DNA from: Mannheimia granulomatis
GTDB taxonomy: Bacteria; Pseudomonadota; Gammaproteobacteria; Enterobacterales; Pasteurellaceae
NCBI RefSeq assembly: GCF_013377255.1
Contig: NZ_CP016614.1
Location: 1,620,021-1,684,020, forward strand
Direction of reading: 5' to 3'
DNA: 64,000 nucleotides
The position numbers and the translations under genes are program-made. The notes under the pieces were generated by a model that did not search any database, was not told where the DNA came from, and worked only from the letters and a program-made list of their open reading frames with translations. Every line of letters begins with the position of its first letter. Positions within the stretch are counted from its first letter, which is position 1. Below, in pieces: positions 34,463 through 46,512 of this stretch.

Positions 34463-35666
34463 ATTTCACCTTCAATTTTTTACCCACTGTAATCTGATAA
34501 TTTTTAAGATTATTCAGCTCACTTAATTTTTGTGGCGTAGTGCCGTAAGCTCGGGCAATTGAGTAAACTGTTTCGTCCTTCTGCACAACGTGATAGCCAT
34601 TTGAAGAGACTTTAATTTCCTTTTTAGAAGTTGTTCTTTCTTCTGAGGTTTTCTTCTCTTTTTCTTTATTGGACGATTTTTCTTTTACATCTTCCTTTTT
34701 ATTAGCTTTTTGCTTATCGGTCTGTTTTTCTTTAGTATCAGCTTTTGATTGCTCTTTTTTATTATCTTCCTTGTTGTTTTTACTGTCTTTCTTAGTTTCT
34801 TTATTCTCTCTTTTGTTTGATTCTTTTGTAGAATCTGCCTTAGATTTTGGCTCTATTTTTTCTTCTTTTACCGCTTTTTTATTGCTTGTTGAGCCGGAAA
34901 CTGAAACCGAATTTTGAGCACGATAGGTAATTAAACCTTTATAAATGGCTTGTGCAATTTGACGACGATAATTGGGGCTTGCCAATTTTGCTTCTTCTGT
35001 AGCATTAGATAAAAAGCCGGTTTCCACTAATACCGAGGTAATATCCGGTGAACGAAGTACACTAAGGCTGGCATGCTGTGGGAAAGATTTTGCAAGTGAT
35101 GCTATATTTCCCATTTTCGCTAAAATACTTTTACCTAATTCATAACCGGAACGTTGTGAATGAGAAAATTGCAAATCAAGTACGGTTTGGTTTAAATAAC
35201 GCTCGTTATTGCTAGAGAGCACTGAGCCAGCCCCTCCCAATAATTCAGATTGCTTTTCATGGTCTTCAAGCCATTTCCCCATTTCATCACTGGCTCGGCT
35301 GTTAGAAAGCACCCAAACCGAAGCCCCTTTAATAGAATCTGATTTTGGAGATGAGTCCGCATGGATAGAAATCAGTAAATCCGCTTTGTGTTTACGGGCA
35401 ATTTCAGTTCGCTCAGGCAATTGGATAAAATAGTCTCCGCTGCGTGTCATAACTGCTTTAAAGTTAGGATCGGCATCTAATAAGGCTTTTAGTTCTTTTG
35501 AGATCGCAAGTGTGACGTTTTTTTCTTTCAGCCCCAAATTTTTGCCGATTGCACCGGGGTCTTTGCCACCATGTCCGGCATCAATTGCTACTATCGTTTT
35601 TGCGAAAGTAGAAAAACTGAATACACTTAATGCACTAAAAACAATATATTTGATAACCTTATTCAT
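34461..35666 (-). CDS. amiB: N-acetylmuramoyl-L-alanine amidase (AmiB-like) with a Lys/Glu-rich linker and C-terminal LysM
   Basis: Amidase_3 motifs (IDAGHGG, ISIHADS), about 90 aa of KE-rich low complexity, then a LysM domain ([18 protein letters not shown]). Confidence 0.85.
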   Translation of the reverse strand: MNKVIKYIVFSALSVFSFSTFAKTIVAIDAGHGGKDPGAIGKNLGLKEKNVTLAISKELKALLDADPNFKAVMTRSGDYFIQLPERTEIARKHKADLLISIHADSSPKSDSIKGASVWVLSNSRASDEMGKWLEDHEKQSELLGGAGSVLSSNNERYLNQTVLDLQFSHSQRSGYELGKSILAKMGNIASLAKSFPQHASLSVLRSPDITSVLVETGFLSNATEEAKLASPNYRRQIAQAIYKGLITYRAQNSVSVSGSTSNKKAVKEEKIEPKSKADSTKESNKRENKETKKDSKNNKEDNKKEQSKADTKEKQTDKQKANKKEDVKEKSSNKEKEKKTSEERTTSKKEIKVSSNGYHVVQKDETVYSIARAYGTTPQKLSELNNLKNYQITVGKKLKVK

Positions 35667-35685
35667 TCCCTTCCCTACAAGCGGT

Positions 35686-36186
35686 CTAATTCTGATTAAA
35701 ATTTACAAAAATGTCTGCTGCTATTTGGTTTTGAGCTACCAAAGTAAGCTGTCGCCCATCACTCAAATAATCAATTTGGATCACAAAATCGGCATATGGA
35801 ATCATGCCTTCACCTTTGCTTGCCCATTCCAGCAGGCAGAGTGTTTGGGGTTTAAAATAATCTCGAATTCCCATGAACTCCAGCTCTTCCGGATCGGATA
35901 AACGGTATAGGTCAAAGTGATATACACTTATCGGATTCAATTGATATTCCTCAACTAACGTATAAGTCGGGCTTTTCACATTACCTTGGTGTCCCAATGC
36001 TCGAACAATACTACGTGTTAAGGTGGTCTTGCCTGCTCCTAGTTCACCATTTAAATAAATCACCAATGAGTGTGACGGTTCTTGCAACAAATAGCTTTTA
36101 AGTTTTGCTGCGAATGATTGACCAAATTCAAGTAATTTAGTTTCATTTTCACAGTAAAAAGAAAGTGAATTATCCATTATTTTCAT
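35686..36186 (-). CDS. tsaE: tRNA threonylcarbamoyladenosine biosynthesis ATPase TsaE (YjeE)
   Basis: [10 protein letters not shown]-loop; about 160 aa. Confidence 0.85.
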   Translation of the reverse strand: MKIMDNSLSFYCENETKLLEFGQSFAAKLKSYLLQEPSHSLVIYLNGELGAGKTTLTRSIVRALGHQGNVKSPTYTLVEEYQLNPISVYHFDLYRLSDPEELEFMGIRDYFKPQTLCLLEWASKGEGMIPYADFVIQIDYLSDGRQLTLVAQNQIAADIFVNFNQN

Positions 36187-36730
36187 CTAAATTAATAAAA
36201 TGTTCCCGATAAAATTTTAATTCATTAATCGATTCGCGAATATCATCTAATGCCAGATGTGTATTGCCTTTAGAAAATTTTTCCAATAATTCCGGCTTCC
36301 AACGGCTTGCCAGCTCTTTTAAAGTGCTAACATCTAAATGGCGATAGTGAAAATAATCTGCTAAATCCGGCATATATTTATAAAGAAAACGTTTATCCTG
36401 CGCAATGCTATTGCCACAAATCGGGGAAACTCCCTTCGGTACCCAACGTTTTAAAAAATCAAGTGTGCGTAATTCTGCCGCACGTTCAGTTAATTTACTC
36501 GCTCTCACCCGTTCAATTAAGCCATTTGCTGTATGAGTTTTAACACACCATTCGCTCATTTTTGCTAATAATTCGTCGGATTGATGTACTGCGATAACCG
36601 GTCCTTCAGCTAAAATATTCAGATCTTTGTCAGTAACAATGGTAGCGATCTCAATAATACGTTCTTTTTCCGGATCTAAGCCTGTCATTTCAAGGTCCAT
36701 CCAAATTAAATTCTGTTTATCTTGGTTCAT
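36170..36730 (-). CDS. orn: Oligoribonuclease Orn
   Basis: [14 protein letters not shown] DEDDh exonuclease motif I; 186 aa. Confidence 0.92.
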   Translation of the reverse strand: MNQDKQNLIWMDLEMTGLDPEKERIIEIATIVTDKDLNILAEGPVIAVHQSDELLAKMSEWCVKTHTANGLIERVRASKLTERAAELRTLDFLKRWVPKGVSPICGNSIAQDKRFLYKYMPDLADYFHYRHLDVSTLKELASRWKPELLEKFSKGNTHLALDDIRESINELKFYREHFINLDENNG

Positions 36731-36739
36731 TTTCTTACC

Positions 36740-37231
36740 TTAATTTTGCAATTTCTTATTTGTAAGATTTAGGGCATTTTTGACCGCTTGCGGCACGAAT
36801 TGGCTAATATCACCATGATGTCGATAAATTTCTCTGACCATTGTAGAAGAGAGATAGCGCCATTCCACCGAAGGAGGGAAAAAAATCGTTTCTAAACTAC
36901 CCGATAATTTTTGATTTAGCTGAGCCAGTTGAATTTCATAGTCAATATCATCAGCCCCTCGAATACCACGAATCAACGCCTTAGCATTATGTGATTTAGC
37001 AAAATCAGCAAGCAAACCACTAAAGCCAATCACTTCAATATTCCCTAATTCTATACAGCTTTCCTTTACTAATTTAACACGCTCATCTAAGCTGAAAAGC
37101 GGCTGTTTGCTTGAATTTTCAGCTACCGCTACTATTACTTCGCTAAAGAGTAGCGATGCTTTTCTAATCACATCTAAATGCCCATTGGTGATCGGATCAA
37201 AGGTACCAGCATAAATAACTTTGTAACTCAT
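36740..37231 (-). CDS. coaD: Phosphopantetheine adenylyltransferase CoaD
   Basis: [14 protein letters not shown] motif. Confidence 0.93.
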   Translation of the reverse strand: MSYKVIYAGTFDPITNGHLDVIRKASLLFSEVIVAVAENSSKQPLFSLDERVKLVKESCIELGNIEVIGFSGLLADFAKSHNAKALIRGIRGADDIDYEIQLAQLNQKLSGSLETIFFPPSVEWRYLSSTMVREIYRHHGDISQFVPQAVKNALNLTNKKLQN

Positions 37232-37232
37232 T

Positions 37233-38513
37233 TTATTTCTCTAAATAAGGGGTAAGTAGATCAATATGACGTTTTAATGCCCCTTGATTTTCCATCAACA
37301 CACTAAAACCTGATTTTGCAATCTCTTGCCCAATTTGAGGGTTTTCTCTTAATAATTTAATGCTTTCAGTTACTGCTTCTACAGAGCTTTCAATTTCAAT
37401 TACTCCTCTTACTTGGCGTAACTTCTCAAACACTTCCGGAAAATTGTGGGTAAATAAACCGGATATGACCGGAATTTTGAAGGCTATCGGCTCAAGTGGA
37501 TTATGTCCACCGTGTTTAACCAAGCTACCGCCAACAAAGGCAATATCTGATAAGCCGTATAACAACATCATCTCACCCATAGTATCACCTAATAAAACTT
37601 GCGTATTTTTATCTAAGGCTTTATTCGCAGAACGTTTGATATAATTTAGCTCTGATTTTTCAATGAGCATTTCAACTAAATTGAAACGCTCCGGATGGCG
37701 AGGAACTAAAATCAGCACTAAATCAGGGTAAGATTCTAATAATATCTTATGCGCATCTAAAATTAGCTTTTCTTCGCCTTCATGCGTACTACCCACAATC
37801 CAAACAGGTCGATTAACTAAATTTAGTTTTCTCTTTGTTTCCTGCACTTCATCATAAAGTGCCGGCGTAATTTCTAAATCAAATTTTAAGTTTCCGGTAT
37901 TCACCAACTTTTTAGCATCATAGCCTAAATTAAGATATCGCTCTGAACTTACTTCATCTTGAGCCATAATCAATGAAATTTGATTCAATATCACTTTAAT
38001 ATTCTGTTTAACCCAACCATAACGTTTTGCAGAACGAGGCGATAATCGAGCATTGGCAATCACAAACGGAATTTTACGTAAGTTCACTTTGCGGATTAAG
38101 TTAGGCCACAATTCAGTCTCGATGACAATAATCAGTTTTGGATCAACAAAATTTAAAAAACGCTCAATAGCATCCGGCAGATCATAAGGCAAATAAAAGT
38201 GTGATACTGATTCCCCAAATACCGCATGCACGCGATCAGATCCGGTTGGCGTAACAGTTGTAATAATTAAAGGAAGATCAGGATATTTTTTGCTAATTGC
38301 TTTAATCAAAGGTGTTGCTGCAATCACTTCCCCAACAGATGCAGCATGAATAACCACACCTTTTGCTTTCGGCTTTTCCAACTCATCATAGATACCGTAA
38401 CGCTCCCATAAACGCTTTCTATAAGCAGGTTGCTTACGACCTTTATACCACATTAAAAACAGAACAAGAGGCTGTAAGAAATAACTTAAACAAATATATA
38501 ATAGACGCAGCAT
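37233..38513 (-). CDS. waaA: 3-deoxy-D-manno-octulosonic acid transferase WaaA (KdtA)
   Basis: Colinear with E. coli WaaA from MLRLLY... The ORF track's upstream extension contains a USS and is rejected. Confidence 0.88.
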   Translation of the reverse strand: MLRLLYICLSYFLQPLVLFLMWYKGRKQPAYRKRLWERYGIYDELEKPKAKGVVIHAASVGEVIAATPLIKAISKKYPDLPLIITTVTPTGSDRVHAVFGESVSHFYLPYDLPDAIERFLNFVDPKLIIVIETELWPNLIRKVNLRKIPFVIANARLSPRSAKRYGWVKQNIKVILNQISLIMAQDEVSSERYLNLGYDAKKLVNTGNLKFDLEITPALYDEVQETKRKLNLVNRPVWIVGSTHEGEEKLILDAHKILLESYPDLVLILVPRHPERFNLVEMLIEKSELNYIKRSANKALDKNTQVLLGDTMGEMMLLYGLSDIAFVGGSLVKHGGHNPLEPIAFKIPVISGLFTHNFPEVFEKLRQVRGVIEIESSVEAVTESIKLLRENPQIGQEIAKSGFSVLMENQGALKRHIDLLTPYLEK

Positions 38514-38569
38514 GGACTTTCCTTTACAAGCGGTCATTTTTTGCAAACAACTTACTATTATACATAAAA

Positions 38570-38603
38570 TAAAACCACGAAATAGGCTCTATTTCGTGGT
38601 TTA
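38570..38603 (-). terminator. Terminator after trhP, between trhP and waaA
   Basis: AACCACGAAATAG-GCTC-CTATTTCGTGGTT. Confidence 0.7.
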
Positions 38604-38622
38604 ATCCTATTTTATTCAAAAA

Positions 38623-40002
38623 TTAGGCTTGGTGCGGATTACGTGTATTAGTATTGACCAAATTACGCATTAGTAAAGCAAAATCCAGATCAATATCTGA
38701 CGGTACATCTAAAAAGACAAAATGCCCGTCACCGAGAGCTGCCTCTACATTTTCATGCTTACGATTTAACATACGCTCAATTTTAAACACAATATTGCCC
38801 TTTGGCGTCATCATTTCTACGGAATCGCCCACTAGAAATTTATTTTTTACCGCCACTTCAGCCATTCCTTGCTCATTGCGTTTGCCGGTAAATTCACCAA
38901 CAAATTGCTGACGCTCTGAAATAGAATAACCGTATTCGTAATTTTGATATTCATCATGTGTATGACGACGTAAGAAACCTTCTGTATAGCCACGATGTGC
39001 AAGGCTTTCAAGGGTATCCATTAAACTTTCATCAAACGGTTTTCCGGCTGCAGCATCATCAATCGCTTTACGATAAACCTGTGCGGTTCTTGCACAGTAA
39101 TAAAACGATTTAGTACGTCCTTCAATTTTAAGTGAATGCACCCCCATTTGCGTTAAACGCTCAACATGTTGTACTGCACGCAAATCTTTTGAGTTCATAA
39201 AATAGGTGCCGTGTTCATCTTCAAAGGCGGTCATTTGCTCGTCTGGACGTTGTGATTCCGTATAAAGGAAAACTTTATCGGTTGACTCACCATTACCTAA
39301 AGTCGGAGCCACATTTTTCACTTCAATTTCAGGCTCGTATTTTGGTACGATTTGACCGACTTCATCTACTTTACCCTCTTCCATTTTGTATTCCCAACGA
39401 CAAGCATTAGTACAAGTTCCTTGGTTTGGGTCACGTTTATTGATATAGCCTGAAAGCAAGCAACGACCTGAATACGCCATACATAATGCACCGTGGACGA
39501 AGATCTCAAGTTCCATATCCGGCACTTGTTCGCGGATTTCTTCAATTTCTTCAAGAGATAATTCACGAGATAAGATTACTCGGGTTAAACCCATTTGATG
39601 CCAGAATTTCACTGTTGCCCAGTTTACTGCATTCGCTTGCACCGAAAGATGAATATCCATTTCCGGAAAATTTTCACGCACAAGCATAATCAAGCCCGGA
39701 TCTGACATAATCAGGGCATCTGGCTTCATATCCACTACAACTTTTAAGTCTTTAATAAAGGTTTTTAGTTTTGAGTTATGTGGTGCGATATTTACTACCA
39801 CATAAAATTTCTTGCCTAAAGCGTGGGCTTCATCAATCGCAATTTTTAAATTAGCGTGGTTAAATTCATTATTACGCACACGCAAGCTATAGCGTGGCTG
39901 ACCGGCGTAAATCGCATCTGCCCCGTAAGCAAAGGCATAACGCATATTTTTTAAAGAACCTGCAGGCGAAAGTAGCTCAGGTTTGGCGTATTTTAATGTC
40001 AT
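38623..40002 (-). CDS. trhP: U32-family peptidase-like tRNA hydroxylation protein TrhP (YegQ)
   Basis: The N-terminus KPELLSPAGSLKNMRYAFAYGADAIYAGQPRYSLRVRNNEFNH is nearly identical to E. coli YegQ. Confidence 0.85.
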   Translation of the reverse strand: MTLKYAKPELLSPAGSLKNMRYAFAYGADAIYAGQPRYSLRVRNNEFNHANLKIAIDEAHALGKKFYVVVNIAPHNSKLKTFIKDLKVVVDMKPDALIMSDPGLIMLVRENFPEMDIHLSVQANAVNWATVKFWHQMGLTRVILSRELSLEEIEEIREQVPDMELEIFVHGALCMAYSGRCLLSGYINKRDPNQGTCTNACRWEYKMEEGKVDEVGQIVPKYEPEIEVKNVAPTLGNGESTDKVFLYTESQRPDEQMTAFEDEHGTYFMNSKDLRAVQHVERLTQMGVHSLKIEGRTKSFYYCARTAQVYRKAIDDAAAGKPFDESLMDTLESLAHRGYTEGFLRRHTHDEYQNYEYGYSISERQQFVGEFTGKRNEQGMAEVAVKNKFLVGDSVEMMTPKGNIVFKIERMLNRKHENVEAALGDGHFVFLDVPSDIDLDFALLMRNLVNTNTRNPHQA

Positions 40003-40130
40003 AGGTAATTCTCTTTTCTGATAACAAGTCAGGGCTTTTCAAAAGTGAAAAGCGTAAGCGGTGTATTTTCTAAGAAATATTGCATATTGGCAAGTTAATA
40101 GATTAGAATTTGTTTTTTTATGTGGGGAAG

Positions 40131-40505
40131 ACTATGAAACTTAAACTCTTTTTAGCAACAACTTTATTTGCATTTTCAACATTAAGCCACGCTCAAAGCA
40201 TTAAAATGGAAATGATGCAAATGAATATGAATGCAAATAAATTAATGCGAGCTAATTCTATCGAAGAATTTACACAAACCGCTCAGGATTTCATTCAAAT
40301 CACAGAGAAAACTAAGGCTATCTTTCCAAATAGCGTAGAAGGTGATAAAGCAGCTCAAGACGATTATCAAGCCGGTATGCAAAAACTGATTGATGTGGTG
40401 AAAAAAGCTGATGAAAAAGTCCAAGCTGGTGAGTTACAAGAAGCGAAAATGATGATTTCAGATCTTGAAATTATCAAACGTGAATATCACAAAAAGTACA
40501 AATAA
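40131..40505 (+). CDS. cybC: Cytochrome b562-family periplasmic protein
   Basis: Signal peptide; the C-terminal ...EAKMMISDLEIIKREYHKKYK parallels E. coli b562 ...KTTRNAYHQKYR (haem His ligand). Start at MKLKLF. Confidence 0.7.
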   Translation, partial: TMKLKLFLATTLFAFSTLSHAQSIKMEMMQMNMNANKLMRANSIEEFTQTAQDFIQITEKTKAIFPNSVEGDKAAQDDYQAGMQKLIDVVKKADEKVQAGELQEAKMMISDLEIIKREYHKKYK

Positions 40506-40517
40506 GCATATAAGAAT

Positions 40518-40550
40518 AAAGGTGGGCAAAAGCTCACCTTTATTATTTTT
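40518..40550. terminator. Bidirectional terminator between cybC and dnaE
   Basis: AAAGGTGGGC-AAAA-GCTCACCTTT followed by a T run. Confidence 0.7.
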
Positions 40551-40554
40551 AACT

Positions 40555-43500
40555 CTACCATTCAAATTCTAATTCAACCGCACTTTCTCCGAGTAATTCT
40601 TTTAGCTCATTAAACATTACCTCATTCGGGTTTATCCGCCATTCAACCCCGCCTTTAAGCAATACTCTGCCCTCTGGGCTTTGGTAATAGAAATGTAACG
40701 GTAGTGTTCCCTCTTTATATGGGCTGATGATAGCGGTCAATTTTTTAATAAAATCTGCAGATAATTGTTCCTGATTAATCGCTAACGCCAAACTCTTCGC
40801 AAATCTGGCTCGAGCTTCATCAAGCGATAACACTTCCCTTGCCGACATTTTCAGCCCACCGCTAAAGTCATCAAACTGAATTGAGCCGGTAGCAACAATA
40901 ATCTGATCTTGCTGCATTAAATGACCAAAATTCTCTAAAGCTTCGGAGAAAAGGGTAATATCCAACTTACCCGAACGATCTTCAATAGTCGCGATACCAA
41001 TACGGCTTCCCCGCTTGGTGACAGCCACTCTTGATGCCATCACCATACCCGACACCGTTGCCATCTGCCCGCGGAAAGTTGGCTGTAACTCATTTAATCG
41101 ATTTGGTGAATAATGCGAAAGTTCTTTTAAGAACCGACCAATCGGATGCCCGCTCAAATAAAGCCCTAAGGTCGCACGCTCCCCCTCTAAGACCTTTTGC
41201 TCCGACCATTTCGGCGTATTGGCATAAGCATTTTGTACCTCTTCAGGGGTTTCGGTTAGTACACCGAACATATCGCTCTGCCCTAACTCTTCCATTTTAC
41301 TATGCTGATCGGAGGCTTTTAGTGCATCTTCTAAGTTTTTCATTAAGGCTGCACGATGTGGGCCTAATTTATCAAAAGCACCCGACATAATTAGGCTCTC
41401 AAAGGTACGGCGGTTAATCTTTTTCAGATCCACGCGAGCAGTTAAATCAAACAGATCGGTAAAACGCCCCCCTTGATGTCGAGCGTCTAAAATCGCTTCA
41501 ATCGGCCCCTCACCTACACCTTTAATTGCGCCTAAACCGTAAACAATCTCACCTTTTTCATTGACGCTAAAACGATGCTTACCGCTATTTACATCCGGTG
41601 GCACAACCGTTAGCCCCATATTAATACACTCATCATAAAATCCGACGATCTTATCGGTATTATCCATCTCGGAGGTCATTACCGCGGCCATAAATTCCGC
41701 AGGATAATGAGCTTTGAGCCAAAGAGTTTGATAAGAGACCAGTGCATAGGCTGCCGAGTGCGATTTATTAAACCCATAGCCGGCAAACTTTTCTACCAAG
41801 TCAAAAATCTGACCGGCTAATTTACCGTCAATTCCTTTAGACTCTGCCCCTTTTTCAAAGACTTCACGTTGAGCAGCCATCTCTTCCGGTTTTTTCTTAC
41901 CCATTGCACGGCGAAGTAAATCCGCTCCGCCCAATGTATAGCCAGCAAGCTCTTGGGCAATTTGCATCACCTGCTCTTGATAAACAATAACCCCATAAGT
42001 TGGCTCCAAAATAGGCTTTAAGCACTCGTGCTGGTATTGCGGATCAGGGTAAGACACCTCTTCTTTACCGTGTTTACGGTCAATAAAGTTCTGCACCATG
42101 CCAGATTCAAGCGGACCGGGACGGAATAATGCCACCAACGCGATAATATCTTCAAAACAGTCTGGTTTAAGGCGTGAAATCAGATCTTTCATCCCACGAC
42201 TTTCAAGCTGGAATACCGCCGTTGTTTTCGCAGCTAATAAAAGGTCAAAAGATTTCTTATCATCAAGCGGAATACTTTCAATCCGAACAGGCTGTTTACC
42301 TTCCCTTTCCAAACGAGCATTAACCATCTCTAATGCCCATTTAATAATGGTTAAGGTACGCAAGCCCAAGAAGTCAAATTTTACCAGCCCTGCATATTCC
42401 ACATCATTTTTATCAAAATGGGTAACAGGATGAAGCCCCTCAGAGTCGCAATAAAGCGGCGAGAAATCAGTAATCGCAGTCGGTGCAATCACCACACCAC
42501 CGGCGTGTTTACCGGCATTACGGGTTACTCCTTCAAGCTTACGGGCCATATCAATCAGATCTTTAACTTCTTCATCAGCTTCATAAAGCTCTGGCAATTT
42601 AGGTTCTGCAGCGAAGGCTTTTTCTAAAGTCATACCCGGATCAGGCGGAATCAGTTTAGAAATTCTGTCCACAAAGCTATACGGATGCCCAAGCACACGC
42701 CCCACATCGCGAATAACGGCTTTTGCCGCCATCGTTCCGAATGTGATAATTTGTGATACGGCTTGACGACCATAAGTTTCTGCCACATGCTCAATTACAC
42801 GATCTCGCCCATCCATACAGAAATCGACATCAAAATCGGGCATAGAAACACGCTCCGGATTCAGGAAACGCTCAAAAAGCAAGTCAAATTCCAATGGATC
42901 CAAATCAGTAATTTTTAGTGCATAAGCCACTAACGAGCCCGCTCCCGAACCACGCCCCGGGCCAACCGGAATATCATTATCTTTAGACCATTGAATAAAT
43001 TCCATCACGATCAAAAAGTAACCCGGAAAGCCCATCTGATTGATTACATCTAACTCAACCTGCAAACGTTCATCATAAACAGGGCGTTTTTCTTTACGGA
43101 TTTCAGGATCAGGAAATAGAAATTCCAAACGTTCTTCCAAGCCTTCTTGCGATTTTTTGACTAAAAAATCTTCGGTAGAAAGATCGCCCGTTGGGAAATT
43201 AGGCAGAAAATATTCGCCTAAACGAACGGTTACCGAGCAACGTTTAGCAATTTCGACCGTATTTGCTAATGCACTAGGTAGATCGGCAAACAAATGACAC
43301 ATCTCTTCTTCGCTACGAAAATATTGTTTTGAAGAATATTTTTTCGGGCGTTTGGGATCATCTAAAGTAAAGCTATCATGAATGGCTACACGGATTTCAT
43401 GAGCGTCGAAATCATCTTCTTTTAAAAAAACGACATCATTAACCGCAACCAGAGGAATTGCATTTTTTTGTGCAAATTCGACCGCTTGTTTAATGTAGCG

Positions 43501-44040
43501 TTCTTCATCAGTACGCCCTGTGCGACAAAGAGAGAGATAGAAATGATTAGGAAAATAGTGCTGATAAAAGGCCAGCTTTTCTGCCGCTTCATGCAGATTT
43601 TCTTTTAATAATGCCTTGCCCACATCGCCCATTCGACCGCCGGACAGAACAATAATGCCCTCATTTAGTTCAGCAAGCCACTCACGTTCTACTAATGGAA
43701 ATTCTACATAACCGCTTTGGTAAGCACGAGAAAGAATTTGGGTAATATGGTGATAGCCTTTATTATTTTTAGCAAGTAAAGTGAGTTCAAAATATTCTTC
43801 GCTACCCGCTTCAGTACGTACATAAATATCCGCCCCGATAATAGGCTTAATCCCAGCTCCTAAAGCTTCTCCATAGAACTTAACCAAGCCACAAAAGTTG
43901 GTAAAATCGGTTAAGCCCATCGCCACCATATTATTGGCAACCGCCGCTTTGACTAAGGGTTTCACTTTGGCTAAACCGTTAATCATTGAGAAATCACTGT
44001 GAACCTTTAAATGAACGAAACGACAATCAGACATAAGCAT
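40555..44040 (-). CDS. dnaE: DNA polymerase III alpha subunit DnaE
   Basis: 1161 aa with PHP, polymerase core and OB domains, colinear with E. coli DnaE. Start may be the 3rd codon (MSDCRF). Confidence 0.95.
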   Translation of the reverse strand: MLMSDCRFVHLKVHSDFSMINGLAKVKPLVKAAVANNMVAMGLTDFTNFCGLVKFYGEALGAGIKPIIGADIYVRTEAGSEEYFELTLLAKNNKGYHHITQILSRAYQSGYVEFPLVEREWLAELNEGIIVLSGGRMGDVGKALLKENLHEAAEKLAFYQHYFPNHFYLSLCRTGRTDEERYIKQAVEFAQKNAIPLVAVNDVVFLKEDDFDAHEIRVAIHDSFTLDDPKRPKKYSSKQYFRSEEEMCHLFADLPSALANTVEIAKRCSVTVRLGEYFLPNFPTGDLSTEDFLVKKSQEGLEERLEFLFPDPEIRKEKRPVYDERLQVELDVINQMGFPGYFLIVMEFIQWSKDNDIPVGPGRGSGAGSLVAYALKITDLDPLEFDLLFERFLNPERVSMPDFDVDFCMDGRDRVIEHVAETYGRQAVSQIITFGTMAAKAVIRDVGRVLGHPYSFVDRISKLIPPDPGMTLEKAFAAEPKLPELYEADEEVKDLIDMARKLEGVTRNAGKHAGGVVIAPTAITDFSPLYCDSEGLHPVTHFDKNDVEYAGLVKFDFLGLRTLTIIKWALEMVNARLEREGKQPVRIESIPLDDKKSFDLLLAAKTTAVFQLESRGMKDLISRLKPDCFEDIIALVALFRPGPLESGMVQNFIDRKHGKEEVSYPDPQYQHECLKPILEPTYGVIVYQEQVMQIAQELAGYTLGGADLLRRAMGKKKPEEMAAQREVFEKGAESKGIDGKLAGQIFDLVEKFAGYGFNKSHSAAYALVSYQTLWLKAHYPAEFMAAVMTSEMDNTDKIVGFYDECINMGLTVVPPDVNSGKHRFSVNEKGEIVYGLGAIKGVGEGPIEAILDARHQGGRFTDLFDLTARVDLKKINRRTFESLIMSGAFDKLGPHRAALMKNLEDALKASDQHSKMEELGQSDMFGVLTETPEEVQNAYANTPKWSEQKVLEGERATLGLYLSGHPIGRFLKELSHYSPNRLNELQPTFRGQMATVSGMVMASRVAVTKRGSRIGIATIEDRSGKLDITLFSEALENFGHLMQQDQIIVATGSIQFDDFSGGLKMSAREVLSLDEARARFAKSLALAINQEQLSADFIKKLTAIISPYKEGTLPLHFYYQSPEGRVLLKGGVEWRINPNEVMFNELKELLGESAVELEFEW

Positions 44041-44054
44041 TAGAATTTAAAGAA

Positions 44055-44107
44055 TATACAAGCGGTCGTTTTTGCAAAAAATTTTGCAAAAATTACCGCT
44101 TGTTAAA
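44055..44107. repeat. Inverted USS pair between lptG and dnaE (terminator-like)
   Basis: ACAAGCGGTCG...TTACCGCTTGTT. Confidence 0.8.
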
Positions 44108-44112
44108 AGATA

Positions 44113-45210
44113 TTAATCACGTTTTTTGCTTAACAGCCACCAAACGACAATTAAGCAAAGCAAACTTGGAATCAGGGCACCAATCGGCACGGGTAGCCAA
44201 GTGGCAATTAAACTTAAGTTGCCAAACACAATATTGGCAACGTAGAACATAAAACCGGCGACGATACCGATCACTATCTTCGCTCCCATCGTGCTACTAC
44301 GAAGCGGTCCGAAGATAAAGGAGATCGCAAGCAACATCATCACCGCCATTGAGATCGGCTGGAAAATCTTACGCCAGAAGGTAATTTCAAAACGCTTTGA
44401 ATCTTGTCCGGTATCTTTTAAGAAACCAACATAATCCGCTAATCCCGAGATAGAAAGCGATTCCGGTTTAAGTGAAACAATACCTAACTTACTTGGTGTA
44501 AGGCTGGTTTGCCAAATTTGATCCGGCTGTTTTGCCTGCTCAATTTGATTATCACCTACTTGCGACTTTTCCACTTTTGAAAGCATCCAACCTTTGCCAT
44601 CGTCATATTTTGCCGATCCTGCTTTTAGCACTGATTGTAACTCACGTTTTTGCTCACCTTCACCAAATTCGTAAATAAGAATATTGCTCAGACTTTTCTC
44701 ATTATTGATACGTTTGATATAGATAAAAGAATTATCGTCTTTCGCCCAAAAACCGTCTTTAGTTGCGATCATTGAACCGCCACTTTGTGCCACAGAACGC
44801 ATATTACGAGCAAATTGCTCTGTTTGCGGCACGCCCCACTCACCGATAATCATGGTAAAAATCACAAGGGGTAACGCGGTTTTCATTACCGCTAAACCAA
44901 TGCGAAAACGGGAAAAACCGGAAGCCTGCATAACAACCAATTCACTACGGCTGGCAAGATTACCTAAGCCAAGTAATGAACCTAATAAAGCAGCAATCGG
45001 GAAAAAGGTTTCGATATCTCGGGGGATGGTCAAAAAAGTGTAATAGGCTGCTTTTAAACCATCATAAGAACCACGCCCGACATCACGAAATTCTTCTACA
45101 AATTTAATGATCGCACCAAGCCCCACAAGCATAAATAGGGTTAAGAAAATAGCAGATAAAATCGTTTTGCCGATATAGCGTTCTAAAATATTCATTGAGA
45201 AAAGTTTCAT
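44113..45210 (-). CDS. lptG: LPS export ABC permease LptG
   Basis: YjgP/YjgQ family, 365 aa, downstream of lptF. Confidence 0.88.
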   Translation of the reverse strand: MKLFSMNILERYIGKTILSAIFLTLFMLVGLGAIIKFVEEFRDVGRGSYDGLKAAYYTFLTIPRDIETFFPIAALLGSLLGLGNLASRSELVVMQASGFSRFRIGLAVMKTALPLVIFTMIIGEWGVPQTEQFARNMRSVAQSGGSMIATKDGFWAKDDNSFIYIKRINNEKSLSNILIYEFGEGEQKRELQSVLKAGSAKYDDGKGWMLSKVEKSQVGDNQIEQAKQPDQIWQTSLTPSKLGIVSLKPESLSISGLADYVGFLKDTGQDSKRFEITFWRKIFQPISMAVMMLLAISFIFGPLRSSTMGAKIVIGIVAGFMFYVANIVFGNLSLIATWLPVPIGALIPSLLCLIVVWWLLSKKRD

Positions 45211-46319
45211 TATGCGACCGCCTTATTGGTAAAAGATTTAGCACTAAAACGATAACGTAATTTCGACATAAATTTACTATCCCAAACATTGAGCAAAATG
45301 CCTAACAGCAAAAATGCAATTGATACTGCCGGCATTAAAATCTCAGGATTCACTTTGCCTAAAGCACCGGAAGATTTCAACGAGCTTTGTAGTAAGAAAT
45401 AGATTAAATAAAGCAATAGTGCCGGTAATAATTTAGCAAAACGCCCTTGGCGAGGGTTAACACTACTCATCGGCACGGCTAATAATGCCATCAGCGGTAC
45501 AGCAAAAATCAAGGCTAAACGCCAATGCAATTCTGCTTTTGCCTCAGGGGTTTTACTTTCCATTAATTGGGTAAAACTGGCACGCTGAACTAATTTTTCA
45601 TCAGAATTAACATCTTGATAGCCTAAATAAGCAGAATAATGCTCAAAATGTGAAATACGGAAATCCGCACTTTGAGGCGTCCCTTCAAAGCGTTTACTCT
45701 CTGAAAGGGTCAGCACTTGATCTCCGTTAGGTAAACCTTGTAACGTCCCTGTTTCAGCAACTACAACCGATGGCTTGTTTTTTTTCTGTTGTTCAGGTTG
45801 GAAAACATAAATATCGTTTAAGTTATTATTTTTAATATTATCAATAAATAAAACATAGCCACCGGCAGACATAAATTGTCCGGCAGAAAGAGCTGCAAAG
45901 CGAGGGTTTGCTTTTGCCTCTGCTAAGATTTCACTTTGCTTATTAATTGCCCATGGAGTAAGCCAAAAAACGTTATATACCGCCAGTGCGGTGGTAAAAA
46001 TAGACAAAAACATCGCGGCTTTCACCAATAAACCTTGTCCAATACCGCAAGCGCGCATAACCGTAATTTCGCTTTCCGCATAAAAACGCCCCAACGTTAA
46101 TAGTAAGGCAATAAAAAGCGATAACGGCAGCATTAATTGTGCCATAGTCGGCATACCTAAACCTAATAGGCTAACCACTAAATCTGCCGGTACTTTACCA
46201 CTGACCGCAGAACTTAACACTCTGACTAATTGTTGACAGAAGAATATCAATAATAGGATAAACAATATCGCTACTTGGCTTTTAAATATCTCTTTGGTTA
46301 AATATCGACTTAAAATCAC
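45210..46319 (-). CDS. lptF: LPS export ABC permease LptF
   Basis: Aligns with E. coli LptF from (V)[10 protein letters not shown]. The start is probably the GTG at 46319; the ORF track's longer N-terminus includes a USS. Confidence 0.8.
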   Translation of the reverse strand: MILSRYLTKEIFKSQVAILFILLLIFFCQQLVRVLSSAVSGKVPADLVVSLLGLGMPTMAQLMLPLSLFIALLLTLGRFYAESEITVMRACGIGQGLLVKAAMFLSIFTTALAVYNVFWLTPWAINKQSEILAEAKANPRFAALSAGQFMSAGGYVLFIDNIKNNNLNDIYVFQPEQQKKNKPSVVVAETGTLQGLPNGDQVLTLSESKRFEGTPQSADFRISHFEHYSAYLGYQDVNSDEKLVQRASFTQLMESKTPEAKAELHWRLALIFAVPLMALLAVPMSSVNPRQGRFAKLLPALLLYLIYFLLQSSLKSSGALGKVNPEILMPAVSIAFLLLGILLNVWDSKFMSKLRYRFSAKSFTNKAVA

Positions 46320-46464
46320 GGTTTTTATCTCTATTATGTTTAAAAATCCTAAAAATCGAATAGATACAAGCGGTCTTTTTTTCCAAATATTTTGCAAAAT
46401 CCACTAAATCTATGCTTATATGAACTGGTAATGATACCTTTTTTACGCTAAAAAATCACGCGTT

Positions 46465-46500
46465 GAAAATAATAACGCACGGATTCAACCGTGCGCTTTT
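46465..46500 (-). terminator. Hairpin terminator after the hypothetical secreted-protein gene
   Basis: GCGCACGG-TTGAAT-CCGTGCGT followed by TTATTATTTT on the minus strand. Confidence 0.6.
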
Positions 46501-46512
46501 ATCACTCTGTTT

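Noticed and set aside
34669-34917. 82-aa + strand ORF antisense to the amiB linker
   Set aside because: Mirror image of the K/E-rich repeat (reads as an S/F/L repeat); an artefact of low-complexity DNA.
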